Shown piece by piece: positions 40,532 through 56,410 of a stretch of 64,000 bases of DNA. The notes beneath the pieces are model-generated. The model saw nothing but the letters and a program-made list of their open reading frames with translations, was not told the origin of the DNA and made no database searches. Both the position numbers and the translations under genes were made by a program. The stretch's first letter is position 1. The number at the start of each line of letters is the position of its first letter. Where the stretch lies: the NCBI RefSeq assembly GCF_006345805.1, contig NC_043023.1:9300001-9364000 (forward strand), given 5' to 3'. The DNA comes from Octopus sinensis (Eukaryota).

Positions 40532-43500
40532 GTAAGTTGAACCAGTCTTGTTTATACTATATTCCTGAGTATATATTTCGTCAAATTTAATATCTTCCCA
40601 TCTTTCTTTCTTACCCTTCTTTTGCCCTTCTCTAACTCACATTATATATCTCTCTCTATATATATGTATGTGAGTGTGTGTGAGTTGAGCGTGTTTGTGT
40701 GTGACGATGTGTGTTTACATAAGTCTATGCGTTCTACATCACTGTTTGGTATATTGTGAAAAGTGCGTATATAGTCATATGTATATTTATGCCTGAAATG
40801 TGTGGATAAATATATAGTCCTTTAATGTTTCGTCTTGGGCAGGAGATATTAAACAATTCTGTGATGATATCACGTTGTAATTTTAACTCGATAAATGAGC
40901 AAAAGCTACATTTATCAAAGGAAAAACGACAGAAACATCCCGCAGAATGTCATAAAGGAATTAGAACCAGAGGAGAGATACATGTACTTATCGGCATTTG
41001 AAATGAACATGATCAAATATTCAGTGATGAGGGAAAGTATCAGAATAGAATATTATATCAGGTTAAAAGCAATATTCAAGACAGAGCTGAATGCAAGAAA
41101 CAGAATCGAGGAGATCGGTACTTTTGCTATACCAGGCGTGACTTACAGTTTCAATATCATTAACTGGTCAATTATTGAAATATCTAATCTTGACAGAAAA
41201 ATACGAAAATTGTTGACCATGCGTAGAATACACCACCCTAAACCAGATGTAGAACGATTTTACCTGCCAAGAAAAGAGGGTGGCCGTAATATTTACAATT
41301 GGAATTAACAATGGAATTAACGATTTACCGAAACACCTACCAAAATAACTCTCATGACTGGATGTTAAAACTTGTCTCAAAGCACGAAAACAAGAAAGTG
41401 TCATACAAAGTAACAAAAGATGCAAAGGAATATCTAAGTGAATTCCAAATACAACAAATCCCAGAGTTAGACGTACTAGAAACAAGCACAGAAAAAGCTA
41501 AGCGAATGAAAGTACATGCAAAGAATCTGACTTAGATATTCTTACAGATAAATGAAAAAGAAAACATCTCAATGGCAAATACCCAAAGAGAGCTAATAGT
41601 ACTGATGTGGATAAACCATTACCCATCAATGGTTAGTGTTTTCTAGCTTAAACTCAGACCTAGACAGATTTAATATAGCAGCTCAAGATCAAGACCTACC
41701 TACAAGAAACTACCATATTAAAGAACGGCAGTCACCCAGCATGTCTTGTATGTAAACAACAAAATGAAACCATTGATCATGTTGTCTCCATGTGCAGTCT
41801 TCTTGTGCATACAGAATATCTGAACAAGCATGATTGAGCAGCACATCATATTCACTGGTTAATTTGCAAAAACATAGACGTGCCACATGATACAATCTGT
41901 TGGGGACACGAACACACTCCAGTTCTTGAAGATGATCGCATTTTATCCTCTAGAACTTGTTCATACTATATTCTGAGTATATATTTCCTCAAATTTAATA
42001 CCTTTCCATCTTACTTTCTTAACCTTCGTTTGCTCTTCTCTTTCTCACATTATCTCTCTCTATATATATGTATGTATGTGAGTGTGTGTGAGTTGAGCGT
42101 GTTTGTGTGTGACGATGTGCGTTTACATTAGTCTTTGTGTTCTACATCACTGTTTGGTATATTGTGAAAAGTGCGTATATAGTCATATGTATATTTATGC
42201 CTGAAATGTGTGGATAAATATATAGTCCTTTAATGTTTCGTCTTGGGCGGGAGATACTAAACAATTCTTTGATGATATCACGTTGCAATTTTACCTCGAT
42301 AAATGAGCAAAAGCTACATTTATCAAAGGAAAAACGACAGAAACATCCGGCAGAATGTCATAAAGGAATTAGAACCAGCGGAGAGATATATGTACTTATC
42401 GGTATTTGAAGTGGACATGATCAAATATTCAGTGATGAGGGAAAGAATCAAAATAGAATATTATCGCAGGGTAAAAGCAATATTCAAAGCAGAGCTGAAT
42501 ACAAGAAACAGAATCGAAGTGATCAGTACCTATGCTGTACAAGTCGTGACTTACAGTTTCAATATCATTAACTGGTCAATTATTGAAATATGTAATCTTG
42601 ACAGAAAAATACGAAAATTGTTGATAATGCGTAGAATACACCACCCTAAACCAGATGTAGAACGATTTTACCTGCCAAGAAAAGAGGGTGGCCGTAACAT
42701 TTACAACTGGAATTATATATTATATATACAGACGCAAATATATATACACATGTTCACAGACATATAGACAAACATAAATATATATATAGACGTATATATG
42801 TACACACACACACACACACAAACATATATATATATATATAAAACGATTTTACAACTGCACGTTCCCACGGCTTTATCGATCGCATTCTTACCTAGAATCG
42901 ATTTTTGTAATTTTTTCAAGATTTATGCACGCCCTCATAGTGTCGGTATCTTCATATCTATTTTGAGTGCAATCGGATGGAGGATGCCCAAGATCCTAGA
43001 AGACACACACACACACACATACAGACAGAACGGATTTTATATAATAGACTAAAAAAATTTTTTTGGGGTTTGTCCATTCATAATAAATGAAAATAATAAG
43101 TTCGACTGTAGGGTAACTACTTCAAGGAGGGACACCGGATTACGTCCAAGACGGATGCTTCACCTCAGACTGTAAAGGGAGGTAACTAAATTGATTTTGG
43201 CAAATTTGTTTGTCACTCAACAGTAGTTGAAAAAGAAAATAGAAAATTGATGGACTGTGTATGAAATATGCATGCTTGGTGTTAAGGGAAGCAACTCCTA
43301 TCAGCGCCATATTGTCGATTGTGCAACCAAAGAAAAACGATTTCCCACGGCTTTATCGATCGCATTCTCACCTGGAATCGATTCTTGTAATTTTTTCAAG
43401 ACATATGCACGCCCTGATACCGTCGGTATCTACATATCAAAATTGAGTGCATTTGGATGGAGGATGTCGGAGATCTGAGAAGTCACACAGACCCATACAC

Positions 43501-43951
43501 ACGCACCCACACACGCATACATACTTTCATATACGTGTGTTCGTCTTTTAGTTTTTTTAGGAGCCAGTTGAACAAAACAGTGTGGTTTTTCAGTTTGCTG
43601 GAAATAACAGCCAAACCTCTCTCATATCATGGCCTTAATAGTTTTAAGGAAAGGAAAATATAGAATTAATGGTTTTGATTTAGTTCGGATCTATGAAATT
43701 TAATATTATTTTAGCACAAACTCAAACACACAAATATAGACAGATTTAAGTATATATTTGTGTTCCCTCAAGATCACCTCTAAAAACCAATGTTGGTGTT
43801 ACACACCCTGTAACATAGTGTTTCGGCAAAAGATACCGAGAGAATAAGTGCTAGTCTTTCAACAAATAAATGCTGATCTCGATTCGTTCGAATTAAGGCT
43901 CTAGCATGGACATTGTCAAATTACTGAAAGAAGTACGTGTATGAACGTGTT

Positions 43952-44006
<55 letters not shown>

Positions 44007-44765
44007 TATAGATATATAGACAAAAACAAATATATACATATATATATATATATATTGGTATATGTGTGTATGTGTTTACGTATCTGTCTGGCGATTGATA
44101 GATATATTGATAAAGTGAAAGATAGATAGGTAGGTACATAGATAGATAGATTGAGAGATAGATAGATGGATAGATAGATAGATAGGTAGATACATGTCTC
44201 CAGTTCTAGTTTAGTCTTCTTTGCCCTTTTATCTCATTTATCAATAACTGCTCGTCGTTAATTTTATTCCTATTCTCATCCTTCTCTTTTGTTATAGTTT
44301 CAACTTTGTATATCAGCGTCATCCTCCTCCTCATCATCATTCCAAATATCAAGAGCATCATCAGTAAATATTGTCATCATAATCATAGTCTGCGTCCTCG
44401 TAGTCGTCGTCACCATTATCGTCATCATGATCATCGTCATGATCACCATCATCATCATTCTTATCAGTCATAATATGGAACCACAATTGCAATGCCAGCA
44501 GACCGAAACAACCTCATCACTACCAAATCCGTCACCGTCAATGCCCTCATCATAATAATTATCGCTTTCATCATCACTTAACACAATGCCATACATCTTC
44601 ATTATTATCTTCATAATCTTCACTTATCGTTTTCCTTATCGTCTTCACCAAATTGTCTCACTTCTACTTATTTTTCTTCTATTTCTGCAGCGAATTCATT
44701 GGACATAATAATTGAAATATATGACTAATCACTTCAATGTTTTTTCTTCATGAATTATCTTTCAG

Positions 44766-44837
44766 AGATCTATCCAATAATGCAATCGTGAAAATTGAAA
44801 ATGGATCTTTTGCAAATCTTTTGAGCTTAACATTTTT
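44766..44837 (+). CDS. LRR exon E8: DLSNNAIVKIENGSFANLLSLTF(L)
   Basis: tctttcag|AGATCTATCC...AACATTTTT|gtaagt; 72 nt; Ser14 codon TCT. Confidence 0.9.
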
Positions 44838-47800
44838 GTAAGTTGAACCAGTCTTGTTTATACTATATTCCTGAGTATATATTTCCTCAAATTTAATATC
44901 TTCCCATCTTTCTTTCTTACCCTTCTTTTGCCCTTCTCTAACTCACATTATATATCTCTCTCTATATATATGTATGTGAGTGTGTGTAAGTTGACCGTGT
45001 TTGTGTGTGACGATGTGTGTTTACATAAGTCTATGCGTTCTACATCACTGTTTGGTATATTGTGAAAAGTGCGTATATAGTCATATGTATATTTATGCCT
45101 GAAATGTGTGGATAAATATATAGTCCTTTAATGTTTCGTCTTGGGCAGGAGATATTAAACAATTCTGTGATGATATCACGTTGTAATTTTAACTCGATAA
45201 ATGAGCAAAAGCTACATTTATCAAAGGAAAAACGACAGAAACATCCCGCAGAATGTCATAAAGGAATTAGAACCAGAGGAGAGATACATGTACTTATCGG
45301 TATTTGAAATGAACATGATCAAATATTCAGTGATGAGGGAAAGGATCAGAATAGAATATTATATCAGGTTAAAAGCAATATTCAAGACAGAGCTGAATGC
45401 AAGAAACAGAATCGAGGAGATCGGTACTTTTGCTATACCAGGCGTGACTTACAGTTTCAATATCATTAACTGGTCAATTATTGAAATATCTAATCTTGAC
45501 AGAAAAATACGAAAATTGTTGACCATGCGTAGAATACACCACCCTAAACCAGATGTAGAACGATTTTACCTGCCAAGAAAAGAGGGTGGCCGTAATATTT
45601 ACAATTGGAATTAACAATGGAATTAACGATTTACCGAAACACCTACCAAAATAACTCTCATGACTGGATGTTAAAACTTGTCTCAAAGCACGAAAACAAG
45701 AAAGTGTCATACAAAGTAACAAAAGATGCAAAGGAATATCTAAGTGAATTCCAAATACAACAAATCCCAGAGTTAGACGTACTAGAAACAAGCACAGAAA
45801 AAGCTAAGCGAATGAAAGTACATGCAAAGAATCTGACTTAGATATTCTTACAGATAAATGAAAAAGAAAACATCTCAATGGCAAATACCCAAAGAGAGCT
45901 AATAGTACTGATGTGGATAAACCATTACCCATCAATGGTTAGTGTTTTCTAGCTTAAACTCAGACCTAGACAGATTTAATATAGCAGCTCAAGATCAAGA
46001 CCTACCTACAAGAAACTACCATATTAAAGAACGGCAGTCACCCAGCATGTCTTGTATGTAAACAACAAAATGAAACCATTGATCATGTTGTCTCCATGTG
46101 CAGTCTTCTTGTGCATACAGAATATCTGAACAAGCATGATTGAGCAGCACATCATATTCACTGGTTAATTTGCAAAAACATAGACGTGCCACATGATACA
46201 ATCTGTTGGGGACACGAACACACTCCAGTTCTTGAAGATGATCGCATTTTATCCTCTAGAACTTGTTCATACTATATTCTGAGTATATATTTCCTCAAAT
46301 TTAATACCTTTCCATCTTACTTTCTTAACCTTCGTTTGCTCTTCTCTTTCTCACATTATCTCTCTCTATATATATGTATGTATGTGAGTGTGTGTGAGTT
46401 GAGCGTGTTTGTGTGTGACGATGTGCGTTTACATTAGTCTCTGTGTTCTACATCACTGTTTGGTATATTGTGAAAAGTGCGTATATAGTCATATGTATAT
46501 TTATGCCTGAAATGTGTGGATAAATATATAGTCCTTTAATGTTTCGTCTTGGGCGGGAGATACTAAACAATTCTTTGATGATATCACGTTGCAATTTTAC
46601 CTCGATAAATGAGCAAAAGCTACATTTATCAAAGGAAAAACGACAGAAACATCCGGCAGAATGTCATAAAGGAATTAGAACCAGCGGAGAGATACATGTA
46701 CTTATCGGTATTTGAAGTGGACATGATCAAATATTCAGTGATGAGGGAAAGAATCAAAATAGAATATTATCGCAGGGTAAAAGCAATATTCAAAGCAGAG
46801 CTGAATACAAGAAACAGAATCGAAGTGATCAGTACCTATGCTGTACAAGTCGTGACTTACAGTTTCAATATCATTAACTGGTCAATTATTGAAATATGTA
46901 ATCTTGACAGAAAAATACGAAAATTGTTGATAATGCGTAGAATACACCACCCTAAACCAGATGTAGAACGATTTTACCTGCCAAGAAAAGAGGGTGGCCG
47001 TAACATTTACAACTGGAATTATATATTATATATACAGACGCAAATATATATACACATGTTCACAGACATATAGACAAACATAAATATATATATAGACGTA
47101 TATATGTACACACACACACACACAAACATATATATATATATATATAAAACGATTTTACAACTGCACGTTCCCACGGCTTTATCGATCGCATTCTTACCTA
47201 GAATCGATTTTTGTAATTTTTTCAAGATTTATGCACGCCCTCATAGTGTCGGTATCTTCATATCTATTTTGAGTGCAATCGGATGGAGGATGCCCAAGAT
47301 CCTAGAAGACACACACACACACACATACAGACAGAACGGATTTTATATAATAGACTAAAAAAATTTTTTTGGGGTTTGTCCATTCATAATAAATGAAAAT
47401 AATAAGTTCGACTGTAGGGTAACTACTTCAAGGAGGGACACCGGATTACGTCCAAGACGGATGCTTCACCTCAGACTGTAAAGGGAGGTAACTAAATTGA
47501 TTTTGGCAAATTTGTTTGTCACTCAACAGTAGTTGAAAAAGAAAATAGAAAATTGATGGACTGTGTATGAAATATGCATGCTTGGTGTTAAGGGAAGCAA
47601 CTCCTATCAGCGCCATATTGTCGATTGTGCAACCAAAGAAAAACGATTTCCCACGGCTTTATCGATCGCATTCTCACCTGGAATCGATTCTTGTAATTTT
47701 TTCAAGACATATGCACGCCCTGATACCGTCGGTATCTACATATCAAAATTGAGTGCATTTGGATGGAGGATGTCGGAGATCTGAGAAGTCACACAGACCC

Positions 47801-48257
47801 ATACACACGCACCCACACACGCATACATACTTTCATATACGTGTGTTCGTCTTTTAGTTTTTTTAGGAGCCAGTTGAACAAAACAGTGTGGTTTTTCAGT
47901 TTGCTGGAAATAACAGCCAAACCTCTCTCATATCATGGCCTTAATAGTTTTAAGGAAAGGAAAATATAGAATTAATGGTTTTGATTTAGTTCGGATCTAT
48001 GAAATTTAATATTATTTTAGCACAAACTCAAACACACAAATATAGACAGATTTAAGTATATATTTGTGTTCCCTCAAGATCACCTCTAAAAACCAATGTT
48101 GGTGTTACACACCCTGTAACATAGTGTTTCGGCAAAAGATACCGAGAGAATAAGTGCTAGTCTTTCAACAAATAAATGCTGATCTCGATTCGTTCGAATT
48201 AAGGCTCTAGCATGGACATTGTCAAATTACTGAAAGAAGTACGTGTATGAACGTGTT

Positions 48258-48302
<45 letters not shown>

Positions 48303-49064
48303 TATAGATATATAGACAAAAACAAATATATACATATATATATATATATATATTGGTATATGTGTGTATGTGTTTACGTATCTGTCTGGCGATTGATAGA
48401 TATATTGATAAAGTGAAAGATAGATAGGTAGGTACATAGATAGATAGATTGAGAGATAGATAGATGGATAGATAGATAGATAGGTAGATACATGTCTCCA
48501 GTTCTAGTTTAGTCTTCTTTGCCCTTTTTATCTCATTTATCAATAACTGCTCGTCGTTAATGTTATTCCTATTCTCATCCTTCTCTTTTGTTATAGTTTC
48601 AACTTTGTATATCAGCGTCATCCTCCTCCTCATCATCATTCCAAATATCAAGAGCATCATCAGTAAATATTGTCATCATAATCATAGTCTGCGTCCTTGT
48701 AGTGGTCGTCACCATTATCGTCATCATGATCATCGTCATGATCACCATCATCATCATCCTTATCAGTCATAATCTTAAACCACAATTGCAATGCCAGCAG
48801 ACCGAAACAACCTCATCACTACCAAATCCGTCACCGTCAATGCCCTCATCATAATAATTATCGCTTTCATCATCACTTAACACAATGCCATACATCTTCA
48901 TTATTATCTTCATAATCTTCACTTATCGTTTTCCTTATCGTCTTCACCAAATTGTCTCACTTCTACTTATTTTTCTTCTATTTCAGCAGCTAATTCATTG
49001 GACATAATATTTGAAATATATGACTAATCACTTCAATGTTTTTTCTTCATGAATTATCTTTCAG

Positions 49065-49136
49065 AGATCTATCCAATAATGCAATCGTGAAAATTGAAAA
49101 TGGATCTTTTGCAAATCTTTTGAGCTTAACATTTTT
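49065..49136 (+). CDS. LRR exon E9: DLSNNAIVKIENGSFANLLSLTF(L), nucleotide-identical to E8
   Basis: tctttcag|AGATCTATCC...AACATTTTT|gtaagt; 72 nt. Confidence 0.9.
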
Positions 49137-52100
49137 GTAAGTTGAACCAGTCTTGTTTATACTATATTCCTGAGTATATATTTCCTCAAATTTAATATCT
49201 TCCCATCTTTCTTTCTTACCCTTCTTTTGCCCTTCTCTAACTCACATTATATATCTCTCTCTATATATATGTATGTGAGTGTGTGTAAGTTGACCGTGTT
49301 TGTGTGTGACGATGTGTGTTTATATAAGTCTATGCGTTCTACATCACTGTTTGGTATATTGTGAAAAGTGCGTATATAGTCATATGTATATTTATGCCTG
49401 AAATGTGTGGATAAATATATAGTCCTTTAATGTTTCGTCTTGGGCAGGAGATATTAAACAATTCTGTGATGATATCACGTTGTAATTTTAACTCGATAAA
49501 TGAGCAAAAGCTACATTTATCAAAGGAAAAACGACAGAAACATCCCGCAGAATGTCATAAAGGAATTAGAACCAGAGGAGAGATACATGTACTTATCGGT
49601 ATTTGAAATGAACATGATCAAATATTCAGTGATGAGGGAAAGGATCAGAATAGAATATTATATCAGGTTAAAAGCAATATTCAAGACAGAGCTGAATGCA
49701 AGAAACAGAATCGAGGAGATCGGTACTTTTGCTATACCAGGCGTGACTTACAGTTTCAATATCATTAACTGGTCAATTATTGAAATATCTAATCTTGACA
49801 GAAAAATACGAAAATTGTTGACCATGCGTAGAATACACCACCCTAAACCAGATGTAGAACGATTTTACCTGCCAAGAAAAGAGGGTGGCCGTAATATTTA
49901 CAATTGGAATTAACAATGGAATTAACGATTTACCGAAACACCTACCAAAATAACTCTCATGACTGGATGTTAAAACTTGTCTCAAAGCACGAAAACAAGA
50001 AAGTGTCATACAAAGTAACAAAAGATGCAAAGGAATATCTAAGTGAATTCCAAATACAACAAATCCCAGAGTTAGACGTACTAGAAACAAGCACAGAAAA
50101 AGCTAAGCGAATGAAAGTACATGCAAAGAATCTGACTTAGATATTCTTACAGATAAATGAAAAAGAAAACATCTCAATGGCAAATACCCAAAGAGAGCTA
50201 ATAGTACTGATGTGGATAAACCATTACCCATCAATGGTTAGTGTTTTCTAGCTTAAACTCAGACCTAGACAGATTTAATATAGCAGCTCAAGATCAAGAC
50301 CTACCTACAAGAAACTACCATATTAAAGAACGGCAGTCACCCAGCATGTCTTGTATGTAAACAACAAAATGAAACCATTGATCATGTTGTCTCCATGTGC
50401 AGTCTTCTTGTGCATACAGAATATCTGAACAAGCATGATTGAGCAGCACATCATATTCACTGGTTAATTTGCAAAAACATAGACGTGCCACATGATACAA
50501 TCTGTTGGGGACACGAACACACTCCAGTTCTTGAAGATGATCGCATTTTATCCTCTAGAACTTGTTCATACTATATTCTGAGTATATATTTCCTCAAATT
50601 TAATACCTTTCCATCTTACTTTCTTAACCTTCGTTTGCTCTTCTCTTTCTCACATTATCTCTCTCTATATATATGTATGTATGTGAGTGTGTGTGAGTTG
50701 AGCGTGTTTGTGTGTGACGATGTGCGTTTACATTAGTCTCTGTGTTCTACATCACTGTTTGGTATATTGTGAAAAGTGCGTATATAGTCATATGTATATT
50801 TATGCCTGAAATGTGTGGATAAATATATAGTCCTTTAATGTTTCGTCTTGGGCGGGAGATACTAAACAATTCTTTGATGATATCACGTTGCAATTTTACC
50901 TCGATAAATGAGCAAAAGCTACATTTATCAAAGGAAAAACGACAGAAACATCCGGCAGAATGTCATAAAGGAATTAGAACCAGCGGAGAGATACATGTAC
51001 TTATCGGTATTTGAAGTGGACATGATCAAATATTCAGTGATGAGGGAAAGAATCAAAATAGAATATTATCGCAGGGTAAAAGCAATATTCAAAGCAGAGC
51101 TGAATACAAGAAACAGAATCGAAGTGATCAGTACCTATGCTGTACAAGTCGTGACTTACAGTTTCAATATCATTAACTGGTCAATTATTGAAATATGTAA
51201 TCTTGACAGAAAAATACGAAAATTGTTGATAATGCGTAGAATACACCACCCTAAACCAGATGTAGAACGATTTTACCTGCCAAGAAAAGAGGGTGGCCGT
51301 AACATTTACAACTGGAATTATATATTATATATACAGACGCAAATATATATACACATGTTCACAGACATATAGACAAACATAAATATATATATAGACGTAT
51401 ATATGTACACACACACACACACAAACATATATATATATATATATAAAACGATTTTACAACTGCACGTTCCCACGGCTTTATCGATCGCATTCTTACCTAG
51501 AATCGATTTTTGTAATTTTTTCAAGATTTATGCACGCCCTCATAGTGTCGGTATCTTCATATCTATTTTGAGTGCAATCGGATGGAGGATGCCCAAGATC
51601 CTAGAAGACACACACACACACACATACAGACAGAACGGATTTTATATAATAGACTAAAAAAATTTTTTTGGGGTTTGTCCATTCATAATAAATGAAAATA
51701 ATAAGTTCGACTGTAGGGTAACTACTTCAAGGAGGGACACCGGATTACGTCCAAGACGGATGCTTCACCTCAGACTGTAAAGGGAGGTAACTAAATTGAT
51801 TTTGGCAAATTTGTTTGTCACTCAACAGTAGTTGAAAAAGAAAATAGAAAATTGATGGACTGTGTATGAAATATGCATGCTTGGTGTTAAGGGAAGCAAC
51901 TCCTATCAGCGCCATATTGTCGATTGTGCAACCAAAGAAAAACGATTTCCCACGGCTTTATCGATCGCATTCTCACCTGGAATCGATTCTTGTAATTTTT
52001 TCAAGACATATGCACGCCCTGATACCGTCGGTATCTACATATCAAAATTGAGTGCATTTGGATGGAGGATGTCGGAGATCTGAGAAGTCACACAGACCCA

Positions 52101-52766
52101 TACACACGCACCCACACACGCATACATACTTTCATATACGTGTGTTCGTCTTTTAGTTTTTTTAGGAGCCAGTTGAACAAAACAGTGTGGTTTTTCAGTT
52201 TGCTGGAAATAACAGCCAAACCTCTCTCATATCATGGCCTTAATAGTTTTAAGGAAACGAAAATATAGAATTAATGGTTTTGATTTAGTTCGGATCTATG
52301 AAATTTAATATTATTTTAGCACAAACTCAAACACACAAATATAGACAGATTTAAGTATATATTTGTGTTCCCTCAAGATTACCTAATAACCAATGTTGGT
52401 GTTACACACCCTGTAACGTAGTGGTTCGGCAAAAGACACCGAGAGAATAAGTGCTAGTCTTTCAAAAAATAAATGCTGGGCTCGATTGGTTCGAATAAAG
52501 GCTCTAGCATGGCCATTGAAAAATTACTGAAAAGAGTACATGTATAAACGTGTTACATACACACACACACACACGCACATATATATATATATAGACACAC
52601 ACACAAATATATACATATATATATATATTGTATATGTGTGTATGTGTTTACCTCTCTGTCTGGCGATTGATAGATAGATAGGTAGGTAGGTAGATAGATG
52701 AATAGATAGATAGATAGATAGATACATATCGCCAGTTCTAGTTTAGTCTTCTTTACCCTTTTTATC

Positions 52767-53990
52767 GCAATATTCAAATCAGAGCTGAATGCAAGAAACA
52801 GGATCGAAGTGATCAGTACTTTTGCTATAGCAGGAGTAATATATAATCTTGACAGAAAAATACGAAAATTGTTGACAATGCGTAGAATGCACCACCCTAA
52901 AGCAGATGTAGAACAATTTTGCCTACCAAGAAAAGAGGGTGGCCGTAACATTTACAATTGGAATTAACAATGGAATTAACGATTGACCGAAACACCTACC
53001 AAAACAACTCTCATGACTGGATGTTAAAACTTATCTCAAAGCACGAAAACAAGAAGGTGTCATATAAAGTAACAAAACATGCAAAGGAATATCTAAGTGA
53101 ATTCCAAATACAACAAATCCCAGAGTTAGACGTACTAGAAACAAGCACAGAAAAAGCTAAGCGAATGAAAGTACATGCAAAGAATCTGACTTAGATATTC
53201 TTACAGATAAATGTCAAAGAAAACATCTCAATGGCAAATACCCAAAGAGAGCTAACGGTGCCGATGTGGATAAAGCCATTACCCATCAATGGTTAGTGTT
53301 TTCTAGCTTAAAAATCAGACACAGACGGATTTAATATAGCAGCTCAAGATCAAGGCCTACCTACAAGAAACTACCATATTAAAGAAAGGCAGTCACCCAG
53401 CATGTCTTGTATGTAAACAACAAAATGAAACCATTGATCATGTTGTCTCCATGTGCAGTCTTCTTGTGCATACAGAATATCTCAACAGGCTTGATTGAGC
53501 AGCACATCATATTCACTGGTTAATTTGCAAAAACATAGACGTGCCACATGACACAATCTGTTAGGGACACGAACACACTCCAGTTCTTGAAGATGATCGC
53601 ATCTTATCCTCTAGAACTTTGCCATTCAAAGTGACAGAAAGATAGATGCGATTAGACCAGGCATTATATAGAAAAACTACAGGAAAAAACCATGCCTCCT
53701 CATTTAAAACTGTCCCAGTCGACAAAAATAGTATCTGTCAAAACCTACAAAACTGAGCAAGTGTAAAGATCTTGAAATAGAAATTATCAAAATGTGGAAG
53801 AAAAACAATGCCTGTTGTCATAGTTGCCCGAGGAATTATAGCAAAAGGCCTGAATCCTACCTATCTCAGATACTAGGAAAGCCCAAAATGGCAGCAACTC
53901 AAAAGATAGCGCTAATGGGAACCGCCCATATCCTACGTAAAATACTGTGTATTTAATTTTAAGATTTGAAACAAACTCATATTCTTTGAA
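52767..53990 (+). mobile_element. Decayed R4/Dong-like copy, 5' end removed by the deletion at 52766/52767
   Basis: Begins gcaatattcaaatcagagctgaatgc (ELNARNRIE) and runs to the RLE C-terminus. Confidence 0.85.
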
Positions 53991-56410
53991 CATCATTATG
54001 GTCATCTCCTTCATGAAATTCCCAAACACCGCATTTTTTTCCTTATCTTCCTGCATTTAATTCCGTCGATATATTAAAACTGTTATGGCTAGTCTCTTCT
54101 ATTATTGAATGTGCTGATATGATTTCTCGCGTCACACCGCATTCTTATGAGCCGCCACCACAAAAACCTATTTCCATTTGAAGAAAAGACTGATGCAATG
54201 AATACCTTATATATAGGTCCTCTAGACTGCAGCTTTGATACCATAAAATGATCCACGAATGAGATGTATATCATCGAATCAAAACAAAGCAATTCTCTCA
54301 CAATACACTACATGCATCTCCCAGAGGCAGATATAAATAAACTATACGTCCGACGTGAGGATGTAAGAATGCGCAAAAGCTTCAGCCACTCTCGTAAAAT
54401 AAGAGTAACCATAAGGTTAGATGACAAACAAAAGAAAAGCAAAGACTCTCTATTAGTATGAAAGTTGGAAGACATACACACCTTTCTTTTTCAGTGTCTT
54501 TCTAAACATTTCTTGCCACTTGTCACAGTGAGGTGTTGTGGTGCTACCCAAATCAGGTTTTTCATCACATACCTGTAAAGACAAGAAATTCTCCACCGCA
54601 CTCCAATTCCGTGATGTATTGCCCTCGTACCGAAAGCCTCGCTAACGCAACATCTAATCACAGAGAACCAAGATTTCTCTGAGGCTGTTTATGAAGTGCT
54701 TCAAATTGTATTTTCCACTCAGGACTACGTTGCTCAGGATTTTTCACAGGAAATAGTTTCCTTCTCTTCAAGGAGGCTATTGAAATGTCATATACAGAGA
54801 ACTGCGAAATGATCCATGGCGGATGCACAATTTTTAACTCCAGGTCTTAAAATTACCGGGAGATATCACATGTCCACTGTAGATAGTCGCCTTTCAGAAT
54901 CCTTGTTACTTTCACAAATAGATTATGTGTCACTGCGGTTAAATTTAAACACCATCCCCAGGTTATTCAGTGTCTTCTAGATGATGGATAATAAGTGACC
55001 GCTACTGACTGAGGAATACCTGCTTCTGAAGCCAATATTGTTGACTGACGAAGCTGAATCTCATGTGACTCCCAGTCATAAACTACTGAAGTAATTTTAG
55101 GATCGTCCATGCCATTATGGCAGATGTTGTAAAGAAAGTTAGGTCAAGACTACGACTACAAGTACTCCATCTTCCTCGGTATGATTCAGCTTACAGATGC
55201 AGTTTAGTATTCCCCCACTTTTCACTACATTCACTTGGGTGGTGTGGATTTCTCTCTCACTCCACCTTCACCGTCATTTTAAATGGAATTTTAAGGCTTG
55301 GATGAGAGTTTGATCGTATTATCACTCTCTCTTCAACCGTTCTGTATTCTCCACCATACTACCTCTCTGCTTATAGCCTGTTCGCTAAGAATCATCTCGT
55401 TCTACTTTCCTTTGTTGTAGACACCTGCCATTACACTCACTGCTATTTATGCCAAATAATTTTAAACTGCGTAAGGCTGATTCTCAAGCCATGGCAACAT
55501 CTAACCCGGCATCTCGAATACCGCAACAATTTTCCACCATTTGTAGAACGGCGTAGTTTCATTCGAGTGTTGCCGCAAGCCGTCTACGTAGATGGTTAAG
55601 ACCTTCATAGTCAATGCACCAATAACCTCCATAAACTGATGCACGTAGTGTTCCATAAAGGCCGCGAATATCTGCTTAGAATATCACCTGTTTCATCGAC
55701 ACCAAATTGTTTTCCGTTGCCACGTTGCACCTACGCTCATTCACCCATGTGTCGGACATTGTCATTAAAGCAAGCAAAACTGAAAACAATCTTCGTGTTT
55801 ACCGTTGGAGAAGCGGACTAGAGTCAATCTCGTCGGTGGCAGCGCCACTTGCAGTGTATTGGGTAGCCCCTTTATTCCCTCTACAAAGTGTTTCTGTGTA
55901 GAAATATATATAAATTTATATGTATATAATTCATATTTGTGTGTGTGTGTGTATCTGTGTTCCTGAGCTCAAATCTTTTCCCCTACCACTTCATTTACTT
56001 ATATATAAATTCACATATATTTCTTCTTGTTCACATGGAGAAGTTATTACCTTCCTAATTCTAATTGATTCTTTATAGCTCTTTTCACGGTTAAACAAAC
56101 AGAAATTGGAATTTATGCTGCAACATTCAAAATTTTAATCAAGTTCAATTTAAATTTACATGGGACGTAGATTTCATGAATATCAATGTTAATATTAAGA
56201 CTAACGAAATCATAATACTCTATCATTAGTTTTAAAAGAAGTGCATTTAAAGAACGGTTTAAATGCAACAAAATTTATTGTTGGAATTCCGTGTTATATA
56301 GAGTCTTGCATTTCAACGGAGGGGAAAATATCTAAATTTATTGTTAAATAAATAAAGAGGTAGCGATAAAATGACTTATGGCCAGCAAGAACAATGGACA
56401 CACAAGCATG

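Larger units (their letters stand above)
30900..52400. repeat. Five near-identical ~4.3-kb S units
   Basis: Near-identical ORF-track peptides at 33703/38004/42303/46609/50908 and 34661/38958/43257/47563/51862; one LRR exon per unit. Confidence 0.95.
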
